A DNA stretch of 64,000 bases. It comes from Eubacteriales bacterium. Lineage in GTDB: Bacteria > Bacillota > Clostridia > Oscillospirales > CAG-272. Positions 18,676 through 31,239 of this stretch are shown here, one piece after another; the stretch's first letter is position 1; each line of letters starts with the position of its first letter. Position numbers and translations under genes: made by a program. Location of the stretch: assembly GCA_051867875.1 (NCBI GenBank), contig JBJDZG010000004.1:149482-213481 (forward strand), written 5' to 3'. The notes below the pieces were generated by a model. The model searched no databases and was not told the origin of the DNA. It was given only the letters and a program-made list of their open reading frames with translations.

Positions 18676-20439
18676 TTATTCGATTCTGAGTTTTGCCACC
18701 TTTTCCGCACTTGGCGTAACGTAGGCGGTCCAGTTGGTGTGATAAATTACAAGACCGGGCGCGCCGCCCGCCATTTTCTTGACGTTTTTGGCAAGGGTGT
18801 AGTCAACGGGCACGGCAACTCCGTCGTGCACGCTCGAATAGAACGCCGCTATCTCCGCCGCCTCCGTAAAGTTTATACTGTCGGGCTCCTCACCGCCGCA
18901 GAGCATAACGACGTGCGAACCTGCTTTGTTCTTGACGTGGAACCAGTAGTCGCTCTTTGACGCTAAATTGAACGTGATATTCTCGTTCTGAATATTGTTC
19001 TTTCCGCAGAGCACAGTGTATCCGTCCGAGGTCTTAAACTTCATAAACGAGGTGCTCTTTCTCTTCTGCGGGCGATAATTCTTCATTTTTGAGGCGTAGC
19101 CCGAGGTGTAGAGCTCGTCGCGTATCTCAACGAGGTCGCTTGTATTTTCGGCGTGAGAGAGCGCGTCGAAAACGGAATAGATGTAATTCAGTTCCTTTTG
19201 AGCCTTCTCAATCTGAATTGCGAGCTCGCGCTCGGCGCTCTTGCATTTGTTGTATTTTTTATACATTCGCTGGGCGTTTGCAGAGGGCGAAAGCCTTGTG
19301 TTAAGCTCGATTATCACCTTGCCGAAGGTTCCGTCCTCTTCGTTATAGTCCTCGTAATCCACAAGCTCAACCTGCTTCATTCCGCGCTCGATAGCGTAAA
19401 TGTTTGAGGTGATGAGGTCGCCGTACTTCTTATAAGCTTCTCCCGCTTTGCAGTCCTCAAGCTCGGCTTTTTGCTTGTCGATTTTTCTTATAAGTCTTGT
19501 TTCGGAATTCGTCAGAATTTTGAGGATATCCGTCGCCTTCTGCTTTACGCGTACCTCTCTGTCCCTGCCCTCAAAATAGAGGTCGAGCATTTTCGAGGGA
19601 CTGTCAAACTCTTTTATTTCAAGCCCTCTGTAATGAGTCAGCCTTATAAATGCGTACTCCACTGCCCGCTCGCCGTCGTAGACTGCCGTGGGGGTAAAGC
19701 ATTTATTCTTTATTGTGTCAATCACCTCGGAAAACGCGAGATAAAGGCGCTCACAGGTGCAATCTCTCAAAGCCGTATCGATATCGCCCGATGCGCGGTA
19801 GGCTATCTCCCTTGCCACCGCAGAGGAAATTCCGAGGAAGCTTGAAATTATGAATTTGTCGCATTTCTGCTCCGCAGACGCGCAGTCCCAAAGAGTGAAA
19901 AACTGCTCCTTCGTGCACAAAAGAGGGTCTTTTTTGTCCTGCTTCGGCGGAAGCTCGTAGAGCATTCCCGGAAGCACCTGACGGAGCGAGCTCGTCGTGA
20001 AATCGACGGTTTTGAGTGCGGATACTATTCTCTTTTCGGAGTCGAGAAAAATGAGATTTGAGTATTTTCCCATAAGCTCCGCCACGAGATAGCACTTCGT
20101 GTCAAAGCCCATTTCATCGCGCGTGTCAAATGAGATGAGTACCGCACGCTCAAATCCGAGCTGTTCAATGTCCGAAAGCCTTGAACCCTGCAAATACTTA
20201 CGGAGAAGCACGCAGAACATCGGGGGATTCTGTGGATTTTCCTTGGCGATTTCGGTAAAACCGATTCTCGGATTGTTTGAGCCCGCATTGATAAGCAAGC
20301 GCTTTCCACCCGAGATTGACCTTATTTGAATGTGTATCTCGTCCCTGTCCGGCTGATATACCTTTTCTATGCGCGCGCCCTTTGAGAGCGACAGTATTTC
20401 GTGCGTCATACACGAAAGCATTCCCGCATCAAAAGCCAT
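18676..20439 (-). CDS. rqcH: Rqc2/RqcH (NFACT, FbpA-like) ribosome quality control protein
   Basis: 'MAFDAG', 'PPMFCVLLRK.L', 'ELMGKYSN', 'GKNN.QN', 'WFH.K..AGSHV'. Confidence 0.9.
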   Translation of the reverse strand: MAFDAGMLSCMTHEILSLSKGARIEKVYQPDRDEIHIQIRSISGGKRLLINAGSNNPRIGFTEIAKENPQNPPMFCVLLRKYLQGSRLSDIEQLGFERAVLISFDTRDEMGFDTKCYLVAELMGKYSNLIFLDSEKRIVSALKTVDFTTSSLRQVLPGMLYELPPKQDKKDPLLCTKEQFFTLWDCASAEQKCDKFIISSFLGISSAVAREIAYRASGDIDTALRDCTCERLYLAFSEVIDTIKNKCFTPTAVYDGERAVEYAFIRLTHYRGLEIKEFDSPSKMLDLYFEGRDREVRVKQKATDILKILTNSETRLIRKIDKQKAELEDCKAGEAYKKYGDLITSNIYAIERGMKQVELVDYEDYNEEDGTFGKVIIELNTRLSPSANAQRMYKKYNKCKSAERELAIQIEKAQKELNYIYSVFDALSHAENTSDLVEIRDELYTSGYASKMKNYRPQKRKSTSFMKFKTSDGYTVLCGKNNIQNENITFNLASKSDYWFHVKNKAGSHVVMLCGGEEPDSINFTEAAEIAAFYSSVHDGVAVPVDYTLAKNVKKMAGGAPGLVIYHTNWTAYVTPSAEKVAKLRIE

Positions 20440-20522
20440 AAATATTCTCCCCCTTTCGCAATTTCTTTCAGTAGTATATCATACTTTGAAAGGAAATTCA
20501 AGGGGGAGAGCCGTGTTATATT

Positions 20523-21818
20523 TTATTTTTTCATCTCGCTCATAAGTGCGTACAGCATCTGCGCGGTCTGCGCGCGCGTAAGGCTTGCACTCGGCGCAAT
20601 AGAGCCGTCTGTGGCAGAGAGTATTCCCATATCGGCAAGCGTGTAAATCGCATCGTGCGCCCATGCGGGAATGTCAGCTCTGTCGGAAAATATCGGTTTT
20701 ACAGTCGGCACTTTACCCTCGACCAAGTTATAAACTATAAGCGACGCTTCCGCTCTCGTAATATCTTTATTGGGATAGAAGAAATATTCCCCGTCCCCGT
20801 TGACTGCACCCGTGATTATTCCCATTTGTCTTGCACGGTAGACGTAGCCCTTCATTGATGCGGGAATCTCGCTGTCGTCGTCAAAGCCCGTATCGGCTAT
20901 CGTCGGAATATCGTTAACACCTATTGCATTCATCAGCATGACGAGAAAATCAATTCTTGACACGCTCTTATCGGGCATAAAGAACGTACTGTCCCCGATA
21001 GTAGTTCCGCTCATTATGTTATTCTCAGTCATAGTAAGCGACGCGTGAAGTGCGGGGTGCTTATCCATATCCGCATAAACTGTGTCGGTCTTTAACCTTT
21101 CGACTGTCAGATTGACCGTTCTTGCACTCGAATAGTTGCCGTATTTATCGACTGCGACGTACTCAAAGCTGTCCTTGCCGAAATAGAGCCCCGATGGCGT
21201 ATAGGAATACTCGCCGCTCTTGCCGTCGAGCTCTATTACGCCGTTTTTGGCGTACGTTACTATCTCGTATCTCAGCTCGTCGCCGTCGTCATCGTACGCA
21301 CTGACCTTACCGTAGACGGTTACGGTCTGATGTGTGCTCACGGAGAAAATTTTTTCGTCCTCGTGCGCGAGCGTGGGCGCGGAATTTTCACGGGTAAGGA
21401 AATAGAGTGAGCACTCTATCTCATATTCAAATCCCGCAGGCTTGAATTTGAACACCGTCTGCCTTACGCTCTCACTGCTCGGTCTGAAATTCAAGAGGTC
21501 GAGATTATCCCCCGAAACCGTCTGCCCTGCATTTACCACTACGTCCCCTACACAAAGGCAGCCGTCGCTGACGGCCGGAACCGAGGTTACAGTGATTGAC
21601 GAGATTTCCGAGAGGTTGAGATTTTTCTCAAAATCGTCGGCGGAAAATACTATTTTCTTGCCTGTGAGTGCGTATTTTGCCATTCCGTTCTGATTTGCAA
21701 GCACCGAAAGACCGCTCGTAATATCGAGTGTAGCGTCCTTTTGCGCTTCTCTGACAACTCCTGTGACCGTCAGTGCTATTGCCATAAGTATTACCGAAAA
21801 CATTATTATTCTTTTCAT
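20523..21818 (-). CDS. Secreted cell-surface protein with cadherin/Ig-like domain and SLH repeats
   Basis: Signal peptide; 'AYDDDGDEL.Y...GEYSYTP...G.DSF.Y'; SLH motifs 'F.PDK.VSR', 'FYPNKDITRAE', 'PSASLTRAQ'. Confidence 0.75.
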   Translation of the reverse strand: MKRIIMFSVILMAIALTVTGVVREAQKDATLDITSGLSVLANQNGMAKYALTGKKIVFSADDFEKNLNLSEISSITVTSVPAVSDGCLCVGDVVVNAGQTVSGDNLDLLNFRPSSESVRQTVFKFKPAGFEYEIECSLYFLTRENSAPTLAHEDEKIFSVSTHQTVTVYGKVSAYDDDGDELRYEIVTYAKNGVIELDGKSGEYSYTPSGLYFGKDSFEYVAVDKYGNYSSARTVNLTVERLKTDTVYADMDKHPALHASLTMTENNIMSGTTIGDSTFFMPDKSVSRIDFLVMLMNAIGVNDIPTIADTGFDDDSEIPASMKGYVYRARQMGIITGAVNGDGEYFFYPNKDITRAEASLIVYNLVEGKVPTVKPIFSDRADIPAWAHDAIYTLADMGILSATDGSIAPSASLTRAQTAQMLYALMSEMKK

Positions 21819-21955
21819 ATTTTTGCCTCCTTGTCGGCGTATAACTTAATAAATTATATACCGATAGTGAAAAATATATGCAAATCAAAAGAATTATTGT
21901 AATTTGCGCCGTTTTGGTGTATAATATGATTATCAAAAGCAAGGAGAGTGCAAAA

Positions 21956-22861
21956 ATGACGTTTGAAAACCGCTTTGTCGGGCTCACGGTTAAACAAATA
22001 CTTATTGACGAGCTGGGTTTTTCAAAAAAAGCCATAACTGCCCTAAAAGCCCGAGAGGACGGCATTTTGCTCAACGGAAAACGCGTAACCGTGCGCGCAA
22101 AAATTGCCGCGGGCGACGTTCTCACGATAAATCTTGATGACGAGGAAACCAACAGCGGAAAGCTCGTTCCGTCAGGTACTCTGCCCGATATAATCTACGA
22201 GGACGAAAACGTCGTCGCGGTGAACAAGCCCCCGTATATGCCCACGCATCAGTCGCAGGGACATTTTTACGACACGCTGGCAAATTCGCTCGCGTACTAT
22301 TATTCTCTCTCGTCGCGCCCTTTCGTTTTCCGCTCTGTCAACCGTCTTGACCGCAACACGAGCGGCATAGTGCTCGTTGCAAAGAACCGTCTGACGTCCG
22401 CAAATCTCTCCGAGCAGATGAAGCATGACGGAATAAAAAAGACCTATCTTGCCATTCTCGACGGGCATCTGCCAAATGACGGGGGCGTTATCGAAACGTA
22501 CATACGCCGACGCGAGAAAAGCATCATTTTACGTGAGGTATGCAACAGGTGCGACGGTGCAAAGCTCGCCGTAACGCGATACAAGGTACTTGCAAAATCG
22601 GGCGGTCTTTCGTTGGTGCAAGCCACACCCGAAACAGGACGCACGCATCAGTTGCGGGTACATTTTTCGCACCTCGGCGCTCAAATTCTCGGCGACGACC
22701 TATACGGAAAGCCCTCGACCCTCATCTCCCGTCACGCCCTTCACGCGTACTCTCTTCGCTTCACAAACCCCGAAAATTCGGAGATTACGGAGCTTTACGC
22801 ACCCGTCCCCGAGGATATGAGGGTGCTTATAGAACAATATTTCGGAAAGGATTTTACTTAA
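21956..22861 (+). CDS. RluA/RluD-family pseudouridine synthase
   Basis: 'VNKP', 'VNRLDRNTSG', 'ETGRTHQLRVH', 'GDDLYG', 'HALHA'. Confidence 0.92.
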   Translation: MTFENRFVGLTVKQILIDELGFSKKAITALKAREDGILLNGKRVTVRAKIAAGDVLTINLDDEETNSGKLVPSGTLPDIIYEDENVVAVNKPPYMPTHQSQGHFYDTLANSLAYYYSLSSRPFVFRSVNRLDRNTSGIVLVAKNRLTSANLSEQMKHDGIKKTYLAILDGHLPNDGGVIETYIRRREKSIILREVCNRCDGAKLAVTRYKVLAKSGGLSLVQATPETGRTHQLRVHFSHLGAQILGDDLYGKPSTLISRHALHAYSLRFTNPENSEITELYAPVPEDMRVLIEQYFGKDFT

Positions 22862-24019
22862 ATGGAAAGCATAGAAACGAGCAGTACGGAGGTTATAGCA
22901 GACTCGCAAGGGTCCGAGAACTCTCCGCCCCCCAAAAAACTGCCCCTTTATTCGTATATATTTTTCGCGCTTGCGGGCGTTTCGCTGATAATTTACGTAA
23001 CGGCTATACTCTCAACGCCTTTTGCGGATTTTTTCAACCGCTATATCTCGTCCGCATTCAGAATTATGCTCGCTGCGGCGACTAATATTATCCCGCTCTC
23101 CTTAGCGGAAACAGCAATTATTCTTTTGCCCGTGATACTCTTTTTCCTTATAAGATACTCGAACAAGCACTACACAAGCTCGTGGCACGACGTGGGCGTT
23201 TTCCTGCTCGTTGCACTCTCTTTTATCTCGGTGTTTTTCAGTCTGTTCGTGTTTACTTTCGGCACGGGTTATTACACTACGGAAATGGACGAGAGACTCT
23301 CCCTTGAACAAAAGGACGTTACAAAGGAGGAGCTTGCGTCAACCGCGGAGTGGCTTATCGCAGAGGTAAATTCACAGCTTGACCAAATTGAATTTGCACA
23401 CGAGAGCTCGTCAATTTCTCCACACAGCATAAGAGAAACCAATAAAATACTTCTCGACTCGTATGAAAAATTCGCCGAGAGCTATGATTTTATGCCCGTA
23501 TTCACCTCGTATATCAAGCCCATAATGTTAAGCAAGCCCATGACCTACACGCATATATCGGGAGTTTATACCTTTATGACGGGAGAGGCTAATCTCAACA
23601 CGAACGCGCCTGACTATTCAATTCCCTATACCATGGCTCACGAGCTCGCACATCAGCGCGGTATCGCACGCGAGGACGAGGCGAATTTCATCGCCTTTCT
23701 CATCTGTTCCGGCTCCGACGACTCATACGTGCGCTACTGCGGATATATGAATCTCTGTGAGTACGTGCTGAACGCGCTCTACTACGCGGACAAGGACCTA
23801 TGGGAAGAAACCTACAAAAAGCTCGACAACAGAGCAATATATGAGATGATAGCCTACAACGATTTTTATGAAAAATACCGCGACAATGTTGCAGGAGATA
23901 TCAGTGGCGCCATCAACGACGCGTATCTCCAAATCAACGGCACGGAAGGCTCCGTCAGCTACGGTCTTGTAGTTAACCTCGCCGTTGCGTATCACTATAA
24001 AAGCAACGTATCCGAATAA
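22862..24019 (+). CDS. DUF3810-like membrane protein with HExxH metallopeptidase motif
   Basis: N-terminal TMs; 'SGVYTFMTGEAN.N', 'AHELAHQRG.AREDEANF'. Confidence 0.75.
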   Translation: MESIETSSTEVIADSQGSENSPPPKKLPLYSYIFFALAGVSLIIYVTAILSTPFADFFNRYISSAFRIMLAAATNIIPLSLAETAIILLPVILFFLIRYSNKHYTSSWHDVGVFLLVALSFISVFFSLFVFTFGTGYYTTEMDERLSLEQKDVTKEELASTAEWLIAEVNSQLDQIEFAHESSSISPHSIRETNKILLDSYEKFAESYDFMPVFTSYIKPIMLSKPMTYTHISGVYTFMTGEANLNTNAPDYSIPYTMAHELAHQRGIAREDEANFIAFLICSGSDDSYVRYCGYMNLCEYVLNALYYADKDLWEETYKKLDNRAIYEMIAYNDFYEKYRDNVAGDISGAINDAYLQINGTEGSVSYGLVVNLAVAYHYKSNVSE

Positions 24020-24023
24020 AACG

Positions 24024-24049
24024 AAGCCCTCGGCGCGCCGAGGGCTTTT
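24024..24049 (+). terminator. Intrinsic terminator
   Basis: AAGCCCTCGGC-GC-GCCGAGGGCTTTT. Confidence 0.7.
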
Positions 24050-24258
24050 GTCTTGCACTCGTTTTGCACCAAAATACGCCAAATAGTGCACCTATTTTCG
24101 AATACGGAATAAAATATGAATGTGAAGATTTGACAAAATCAAAAAATATTTGCCAAATACTCAAAAAACTATTTCATTTTCGGCAGTTGTATGGTATACT
24201 GTATTTGAACAATATCTGTTAATCAAAATACAACTGCCTTTTCGGGAGAATTACATAT

Positions 24259-25536
24259 ATGGAAAAAATCATTATCAACGGCGGCAAGAAGCTGTACGGC
24301 GACGTCTATATCAACGGAATGAAAAACGCCGCTCTGCCCATAATTTTCGCAACTATTCTGACGTCTGACAGGTGCACTATTGAAAATGTCCCGCGTGTCA
24401 GCGATATCACAATGGCCTTTGATATTCTGCGCGCTATGGGCGCAGAGATTAGCTATCTTGACGAAACGACCGTCGTTATAGATACAAAGAACCTCGTAGG
24501 TTCAAGCTCACCCTTAGAACTCGTTTCGAGAATGAGGGGCTCAACATACCTTCTCGGTGCCGAGCTCGCCCGCTTTAAGAGTTCAAAGGTAGGATACCCG
24601 GGCGGCTGTAATTTCGGCACCCGCCCCATAGATATGCATATCAAGGGATTTGAGGCTCTCGGCGCCACCGTTTCGCAGGACGAAAACAACGTCTACGCAT
24701 TTGCTCCGAACGGTCTTAAAGGAAATTCCATCTACTTTGATATCGTTTCCGTCGGTGCGACTGTAAATCTTATGCTCGCGGCTACGCTTTCCGAGGGACT
24801 TACCGTGCTTGAAAACTGCGCGCGTGAGCCACATATCGTTGACCTTGCAAACTTTCTTAACACCTGCGGAGCAAATATCAAAGGCGCAGGTACGGGAATA
24901 ATTAAGATAATGGGAGTTGAAAAGCTTCACGGCTGTGTCTACGACATAATCCCCGACATGATAGAGGCAGGCACGTATATGACTGCCGTTGCCGCTACGG
25001 GCGGTGAGGTAAATATACGTAATGTTATTCCAAAGCACCTTGAAATAGTTTCTGCAAAGCTTACGGAAATGGGAGTTGAGGTAAAGGCGTATGACGATTA
25101 TCTCACGGTAAAATCAAACGGAGTCCTCAAACCCACTAACATTCAGACTCTTCCCTATCCCGGTTTCCCGACGGATATGCACCCGCAGTTTTCAACTCTG
25201 CTCGCAGTAGCAAAGGGCGAGAGTACGGTGTCCGAAACCATTTGGAAAAATCGCTTCAAATACGTCAAGGAGCTTGAAAAAATGGGCGCGAATATAACCG
25301 TCAATGAGCCCAATGCGACCTTCGTCGGCGTTGAAAAGCTCCACGGTGCAACGGTTCGCTCCGTTGACCTGCGCGCGGGCGCGGCAATTATTATTGCGGG
25401 ACTTATAGCCGAGGGCACGACTGAGGTTACGGATATTTTCACTATCGAGCGCGGTTATCTCGATATCGTCGGAAAGTTGCGCGACCTCGGCGCTGATATA
25501 TCGAAGGTTTATATCGACGAAAATGCTTTTGCTTAA
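24259..25536 (+). CDS. murA: UDP-N-acetylglucosamine 1-carboxyvinyltransferase
   Basis: 'KNAALP', 'PGGCNFGTRPIDMH', 'SVGAT.N', 'PYPGFPTD', 'DLRAGAA', 'IERGY'. Confidence 0.95.
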   Translation: MEKIIINGGKKLYGDVYINGMKNAALPIIFATILTSDRCTIENVPRVSDITMAFDILRAMGAEISYLDETTVVIDTKNLVGSSSPLELVSRMRGSTYLLGAELARFKSSKVGYPGGCNFGTRPIDMHIKGFEALGATVSQDENNVYAFAPNGLKGNSIYFDIVSVGATVNLMLAATLSEGLTVLENCAREPHIVDLANFLNTCGANIKGAGTGIIKIMGVEKLHGCVYDIIPDMIEAGTYMTAVAATGGEVNIRNVIPKHLEIVSAKLTEMGVEVKAYDDYLTVKSNGVLKPTNIQTLPYPGFPTDMHPQFSTLLAVAKGESTVSETIWKNRFKYVKELEKMGANITVNEPNATFVGVEKLHGATVRSVDLRAGAAIIIAGLIAEGTTEVTDIFTIERGYLDIVGKLRDLGADISKVYIDENAFA

Positions 25537-25546
25537 TTAAATACCT

Positions 25547-25580
25547 AAAACCGAGCGTGTTTTCGCTCGGTTTTTTATTT
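25547..25580 (+). terminator. Intrinsic terminator after murA
   Basis: AAAACCGAGCG-TGTTTT-CGCTCGGTTTTTTT. Confidence 0.8.
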
Positions 25581-25736
25581 TCCCCACTTTCGGAAATGCA
25601 GAGCAAAAATCAACATTATTCCACTATATTATGCAGTTAAATTATTGACTTTTCCCCGAAAATGTGATAAAATTATAGACTGCTGATAATAATTAATATA
25701 ATTATATTAAATATAGATTGGAGAATCTTTATTACC

Positions 25737-26315
25737 ATGAAACATTTGATTTTAGTAACATCACCGCCTGCGTCCGGAAAGACCTACGTATCAAAACAGC
25801 TCGCTAAGCAGCTTCACAATATCGTATATCTCGATAAGGACGCGCTCATTCCCCTTTCCAACCGCGTATTTTTGGCAGGAAACGAGGAAATCAACCGTTC
25901 ATCTCCCTTCTTTGAAGAAAATATCAGAAATTATGAGTACATAGCGATACTCGACATCGCATTTGAGGCGCTTGAATACGCAGACCTCGTGCTCGTAAAT
26001 GCTCCCTTCACAAGAGAGGTCAGAGATAACGCCTACATAGCTTCTCTCAAGGACAAGCTTGCCTCTCTCGGAGCACAGCTCACCGTAATCTGGGTTGAAA
26101 CCGACATCGAAGTAACCCGCAAGCGTATGATTGAGAGAAATTCGCCGAGAGATACGTGGAAGCTCGCGCACTGGGACGAATACGTTTCAGGCAGAGATTA
26201 CTCAACACCTTCCATTCCCGCTCTCTCCGACTGCCTGCTCAAATTCTACAATTCAAGCGAAGAGGAATACAACGAGTCAATGGAGAGAATTTCCGCATTT
26301 CTTCTCGGAAAATAA
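25737..26315 (+). CDS. Small P-loop kinase (AAA_33 / gluconate- or polynucleotide-kinase-like)
   Basis: 'VTSPPASGKT', 'YLDKD', lid 'RKRMIERN'. Confidence 0.7.
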   Translation: MKHLILVTSPPASGKTYVSKQLAKQLHNIVYLDKDALIPLSNRVFLAGNEEINRSSPFFEENIRNYEYIAILDIAFEALEYADLVLVNAPFTREVRDNAYIASLKDKLASLGAQLTVIWVETDIEVTRKRMIERNSPRDTWKLAHWDEYVSGRDYSTPSIPALSDCLLKFYNSSEEEYNESMERISAFLLGK

Positions 26316-28337
<2,022 letters not shown>

Positions 28338-28901
28338 TCACACACCCGTAAACTGCACTATTCCGTCGTAGATGCCTCTGGCGAAAAGCTCGGGATTTTC
28401 CGACATAAGCCTTGCATCATAAGGATTAGATATAAAGCCCATTTCTACAAGAACGGCGGGCATTGAGGTCTTTCGCAAGACGTAAAGTCCGGGACGCAAT
28501 ACGATTCCGCGATTTCTCAGTCCCGTCGTTCTGTTCAGATTAACCAAAATATCCTCTCCGAGCGCGCTTGCCGTGCTCGGCTCGGAATATACGAGCGCCT
28601 CGCTTCCCGAAACCGACGGGTCGGTTGCAGCATTCGTATGCAGACTGATAAAATAGTCTGCACCGAACCGCTCCGCTTCCTCTACCCTTATACGCAAGCT
28701 GCTCGCATTGGTCGTTCCGAGGCTCGTGTCCTCGGTAGGTCGGGAAAGCCTTACGTCAAAGTTTCCGTTTGCACGCAACAGCTCGGCGAGTAACACGCCG
28801 ACTTCATAAGTAATATCCTGCTCCACGTATCCGTTTCCCTCTGCACCTGCGTTGGGCGAGGACGGATTGTGGCCTTGGTCTATATAGATTTTTATAGCCA
28901 T
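28338..28901 (-). CDS. N-acetylmuramoyl-L-alanine amidase (Amidase_3), no signal peptide
   Basis: 'IYIDQGH', 'FISLHTNA', 'PAVLVEMGFISN'. Confidence 0.88.
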   Translation of the reverse strand: MAIKIYIDQGHNPSSPNAGAEGNGYVEQDITYEVGVLLAELLRANGNFDVRLSRPTEDTSLGTTNASSLRIRVEEAERFGADYFISLHTNAATDPSVSGSEALVYSEPSTASALGEDILVNLNRTTGLRNRGIVLRPGLYVLRKTSMPAVLVEMGFISNPYDARLMSENPELFARGIYDGIVQFTGV

Positions 28902-28967
28902 AACTACCCCCATTAAATTAGTCAATAACATTATATTATATAAACGAAAATATGTGAAAGGAGCTAT

Positions 28968-29852
28968 ATGAGCAGTATCAAAAATACCGATTCCGAATAC
29001 GAAAAGAACAGAATTGAGGACGGCACGCTCTATCTCGTAGCCACGCCCATAGGAAATCTCTCTGACATCAGCGAAAGAGCGGTAAAAGTGCTAAACGGGG
29101 TGGATTTCGTTGCCGCCGAGGACACGAGAAACTCAATGAAGCTTCTTTCGTATCTCGGAATACAAAAGCCCATGGTTTCCTATTTCGAGCACAACAAAAA
29201 AGAGAGAGGTCAGCTCATCGCCGAAAGGCTGAAAAACGGTGAGAGCTGTGCTCTCATCACCGACGCGGGCACTCCCGCCATCAGCGACCCCGGTGAGGAT
29301 ATCGTCGCACTGTGCGCCGAACAAAATATTCCCGTGACCTCAATTCCAGGTGCATGTGCAGGTATCGTCGCGCTGACGCTCTCCGCGCTCCCCACGGGAA
29401 GATTCTGCTTTGAGGGATTTCTCTCTGCCAACAAGGGTGAGCGCCTCGAAAGGCTCGCGGAGCTTGAATCGGAGAGGCGCACGATGATATTCCACGAAGC
29501 ACCGCACAAGCTTAAAGCAACGCTTGAGGATATGAAAAACACCTTCGGCGAGGAGAGAAAAATAGCTCTTTGCCGTGAACTCACAAAAAAAAATGAAGAG
29601 ATAATGCGCCTGACCCTTGGCAAGGCAGTCGCATATTACGGGGAGAACGCTCCGAGGGGCGAATATGTTCTCGTAGTCGAGGGCAAGACAAAAGCAAATG
29701 ACAGCGAAAATCTCTTTTGGAGCAATATGAGCATACAACAGCACGTTGATTTCTACATATCGACGGGGCTCTCCAAAATGGACGCGATAAAGCAGTGCGC
29801 CCATGACCGAGGCGTGCACAAAAACATAATATATAAAGAAATCTGTAATTAA
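28968..29852 (+). CDS. rsmI: 16S rRNA (cytidine1402-2'-O)-methyltransferase
   Basis: 'LYLVATPIGNL.DIS.RA', 'AAEDTR', 'DAGTPAISDPG', 'CRELTK'. Confidence 0.95.
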   Translation: MSSIKNTDSEYEKNRIEDGTLYLVATPIGNLSDISERAVKVLNGVDFVAAEDTRNSMKLLSYLGIQKPMVSYFEHNKKERGQLIAERLKNGESCALITDAGTPAISDPGEDIVALCAEQNIPVTSIPGACAGIVALTLSALPTGRFCFEGFLSANKGERLERLAELESERRTMIFHEAPHKLKATLEDMKNTFGEERKIALCRELTKKNEEIMRLTLGKAVAYYGENAPRGEYVLVVEGKTKANDSENLFWSNMSIQQHVDFYISTGLSKMDAIKQCAHDRGVHKNIIYKEICN

Positions 29853-29862
29853 GGAGAGCTTT

Positions 29863-30942
29863 ATGAGTATGAAGAAAAGAGTTGGTATAGTAGGTGCCAC
29901 GGGCATGGTCGGTCAGAGATTTATCACTCTGCTCGAATCCCACCCCTATTTTGAGGTAACGGCGCTTTTCGCTTCGGCTTCGAGCGCGGGCAAGACCTAC
30001 GCTTCTGCCGTGGGCGACCGCTGGAAGCTTGATTGCCCCATTCCCGAATACGCAAAAAATATGCCTGTCGCAGACGCGCAGGACATTGAATATATGAAAG
30101 CAAACGTCGATTTCGTTTTCTGTGCAGTCGATATGAAAAAGGACGAGATAAAGGTCCTTGAAGAAAGAATTGCAAAGGCGGAAATTCCCGTCGTTTCAAA
30201 CAATTCCGCGAACCGCACGACGCCCGACGTGCCCATGGTTATCCCCGAGATAAACCCCGAACACCTTGATATTATCAAGGCGCAGAGAGAGCGCCTCGGT
30301 ACGAAGCGCGGGTTTATCGCGGTAAAGCCCAACTGCTCCATTCAATCCTACGTTCCCGCGCTCACTCCCCTGCTCTGTTTTGAGCCCTACGAGGTCGTTG
30401 CAACGACCTATCAGGCTATTTCGGGCTCGGGCAAGACTTTTGCGCAGTGGCCCGAGATGGTGGACAACATTATTCCCTATATTGCGGGCGAGGAAGAAAA
30501 GAGCGAGCAAGAGCCCTTAAAAGTATGGGGAAAGATTGACGGCGACAGAATAGTAAACACCGACAGCATGAAAATTACTACCCAGTGCCTTCGCGTGCCC
30601 GTAACGGACGGACATACCGCTGCCGTTTTTGTTAAATTCAGAAAGAAACCCACAAAGGGAGAAATTATCAAGGCGTGGACGGACTATTCGGGCGAGCCCC
30701 AAGCTCTCGACCTCCCCCACGCTCCCAAACGGTTCCTAACCTATTTTGAAGAGTCTGACCGCCCGCAAGCGCGTCTTGACCGCGATTTGTACGGCGGTAT
30801 GGGAGTTTGCCTCGGCAGACTGCGTGAGGATTCCGTATACGACTACAAATTCGTCGGACTCTCCCACAACACCCTCCGCGGCGCGGCAGGCGGCGCGGTG
30901 CTCATCGCCGAGCTTTTATACAGAAAAGGGTACCTCGACTGA
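29863..30942 (+). CDS. asd: Aspartate-semialdehyde dehydrogenase
   Basis: 'GATGMVGQ', 'PNCS', 'YQAISGSG', 'RVPV.DGH', 'HNTLRGAAG'. Confidence 0.95.
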   Translation: MSMKKRVGIVGATGMVGQRFITLLESHPYFEVTALFASASSAGKTYASAVGDRWKLDCPIPEYAKNMPVADAQDIEYMKANVDFVFCAVDMKKDEIKVLEERIAKAEIPVVSNNSANRTTPDVPMVIPEINPEHLDIIKAQRERLGTKRGFIAVKPNCSIQSYVPALTPLLCFEPYEVVATTYQAISGSGKTFAQWPEMVDNIIPYIAGEEEKSEQEPLKVWGKIDGDRIVNTDSMKITTQCLRVPVTDGHTAAVFVKFRKKPTKGEIIKAWTDYSGEPQALDLPHAPKRFLTYFEESDRPQARLDRDLYGGMGVCLGRLREDSVYDYKFVGLSHNTLRGAAGGAVLIAELLYRKGYLD

Positions 30943-30978
30943 TTAACCTGCTCAAAACGAATGAATAAAGGTGAAAAA

Positions 30979-31239
30979 ATGACGCTAAAACTTGTTATAG
31001 ACAGATTTGAGGACGATATTGCCGTCTGTCTTGATTTCGATGACAAAAAATATGAAATAGACCGCGCGCTTCTCCCCGAATTTGAGGAAAAAGACGTTTT
31101 CAATATTGAGTACGACGGCGGACGTTTCCACTCGCCCGTAAAACTCACAGAAGAAACCGAAGCGAGAAAGAGGGACGTTTCAAACAGGATGAAAAAGCTC
31201 TTTAATATGAGCCGACACACAAAACCGCCGAAAATATGA
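30979..31239 (+). CDS. DUF3006-like small protein
   Basis: 'VIDRFE.DIAV', 'LLP', 'EETEARK...MKKLF'. Confidence 0.7.
   Translation: MTLKLVIDRFEDDIAVCLDFDDKKYEIDRALLPEFEEKDVFNIEYDGGRFHSPVKLTEETEARKRDVSNRMKKLFNMSRHTKPPKI

Noticed and set aside
14708-24049. CCCTCGGC...GCCGAGGG hairpins near 14718 and 24027 as a REP-like repeat family
   Set aside because: Only two close copies, both placed as ordinary terminators.
24259-25536. Fosfomycin-resistant MurA variant
   Set aside because: The active-site Cys is present (PGGCNFG).
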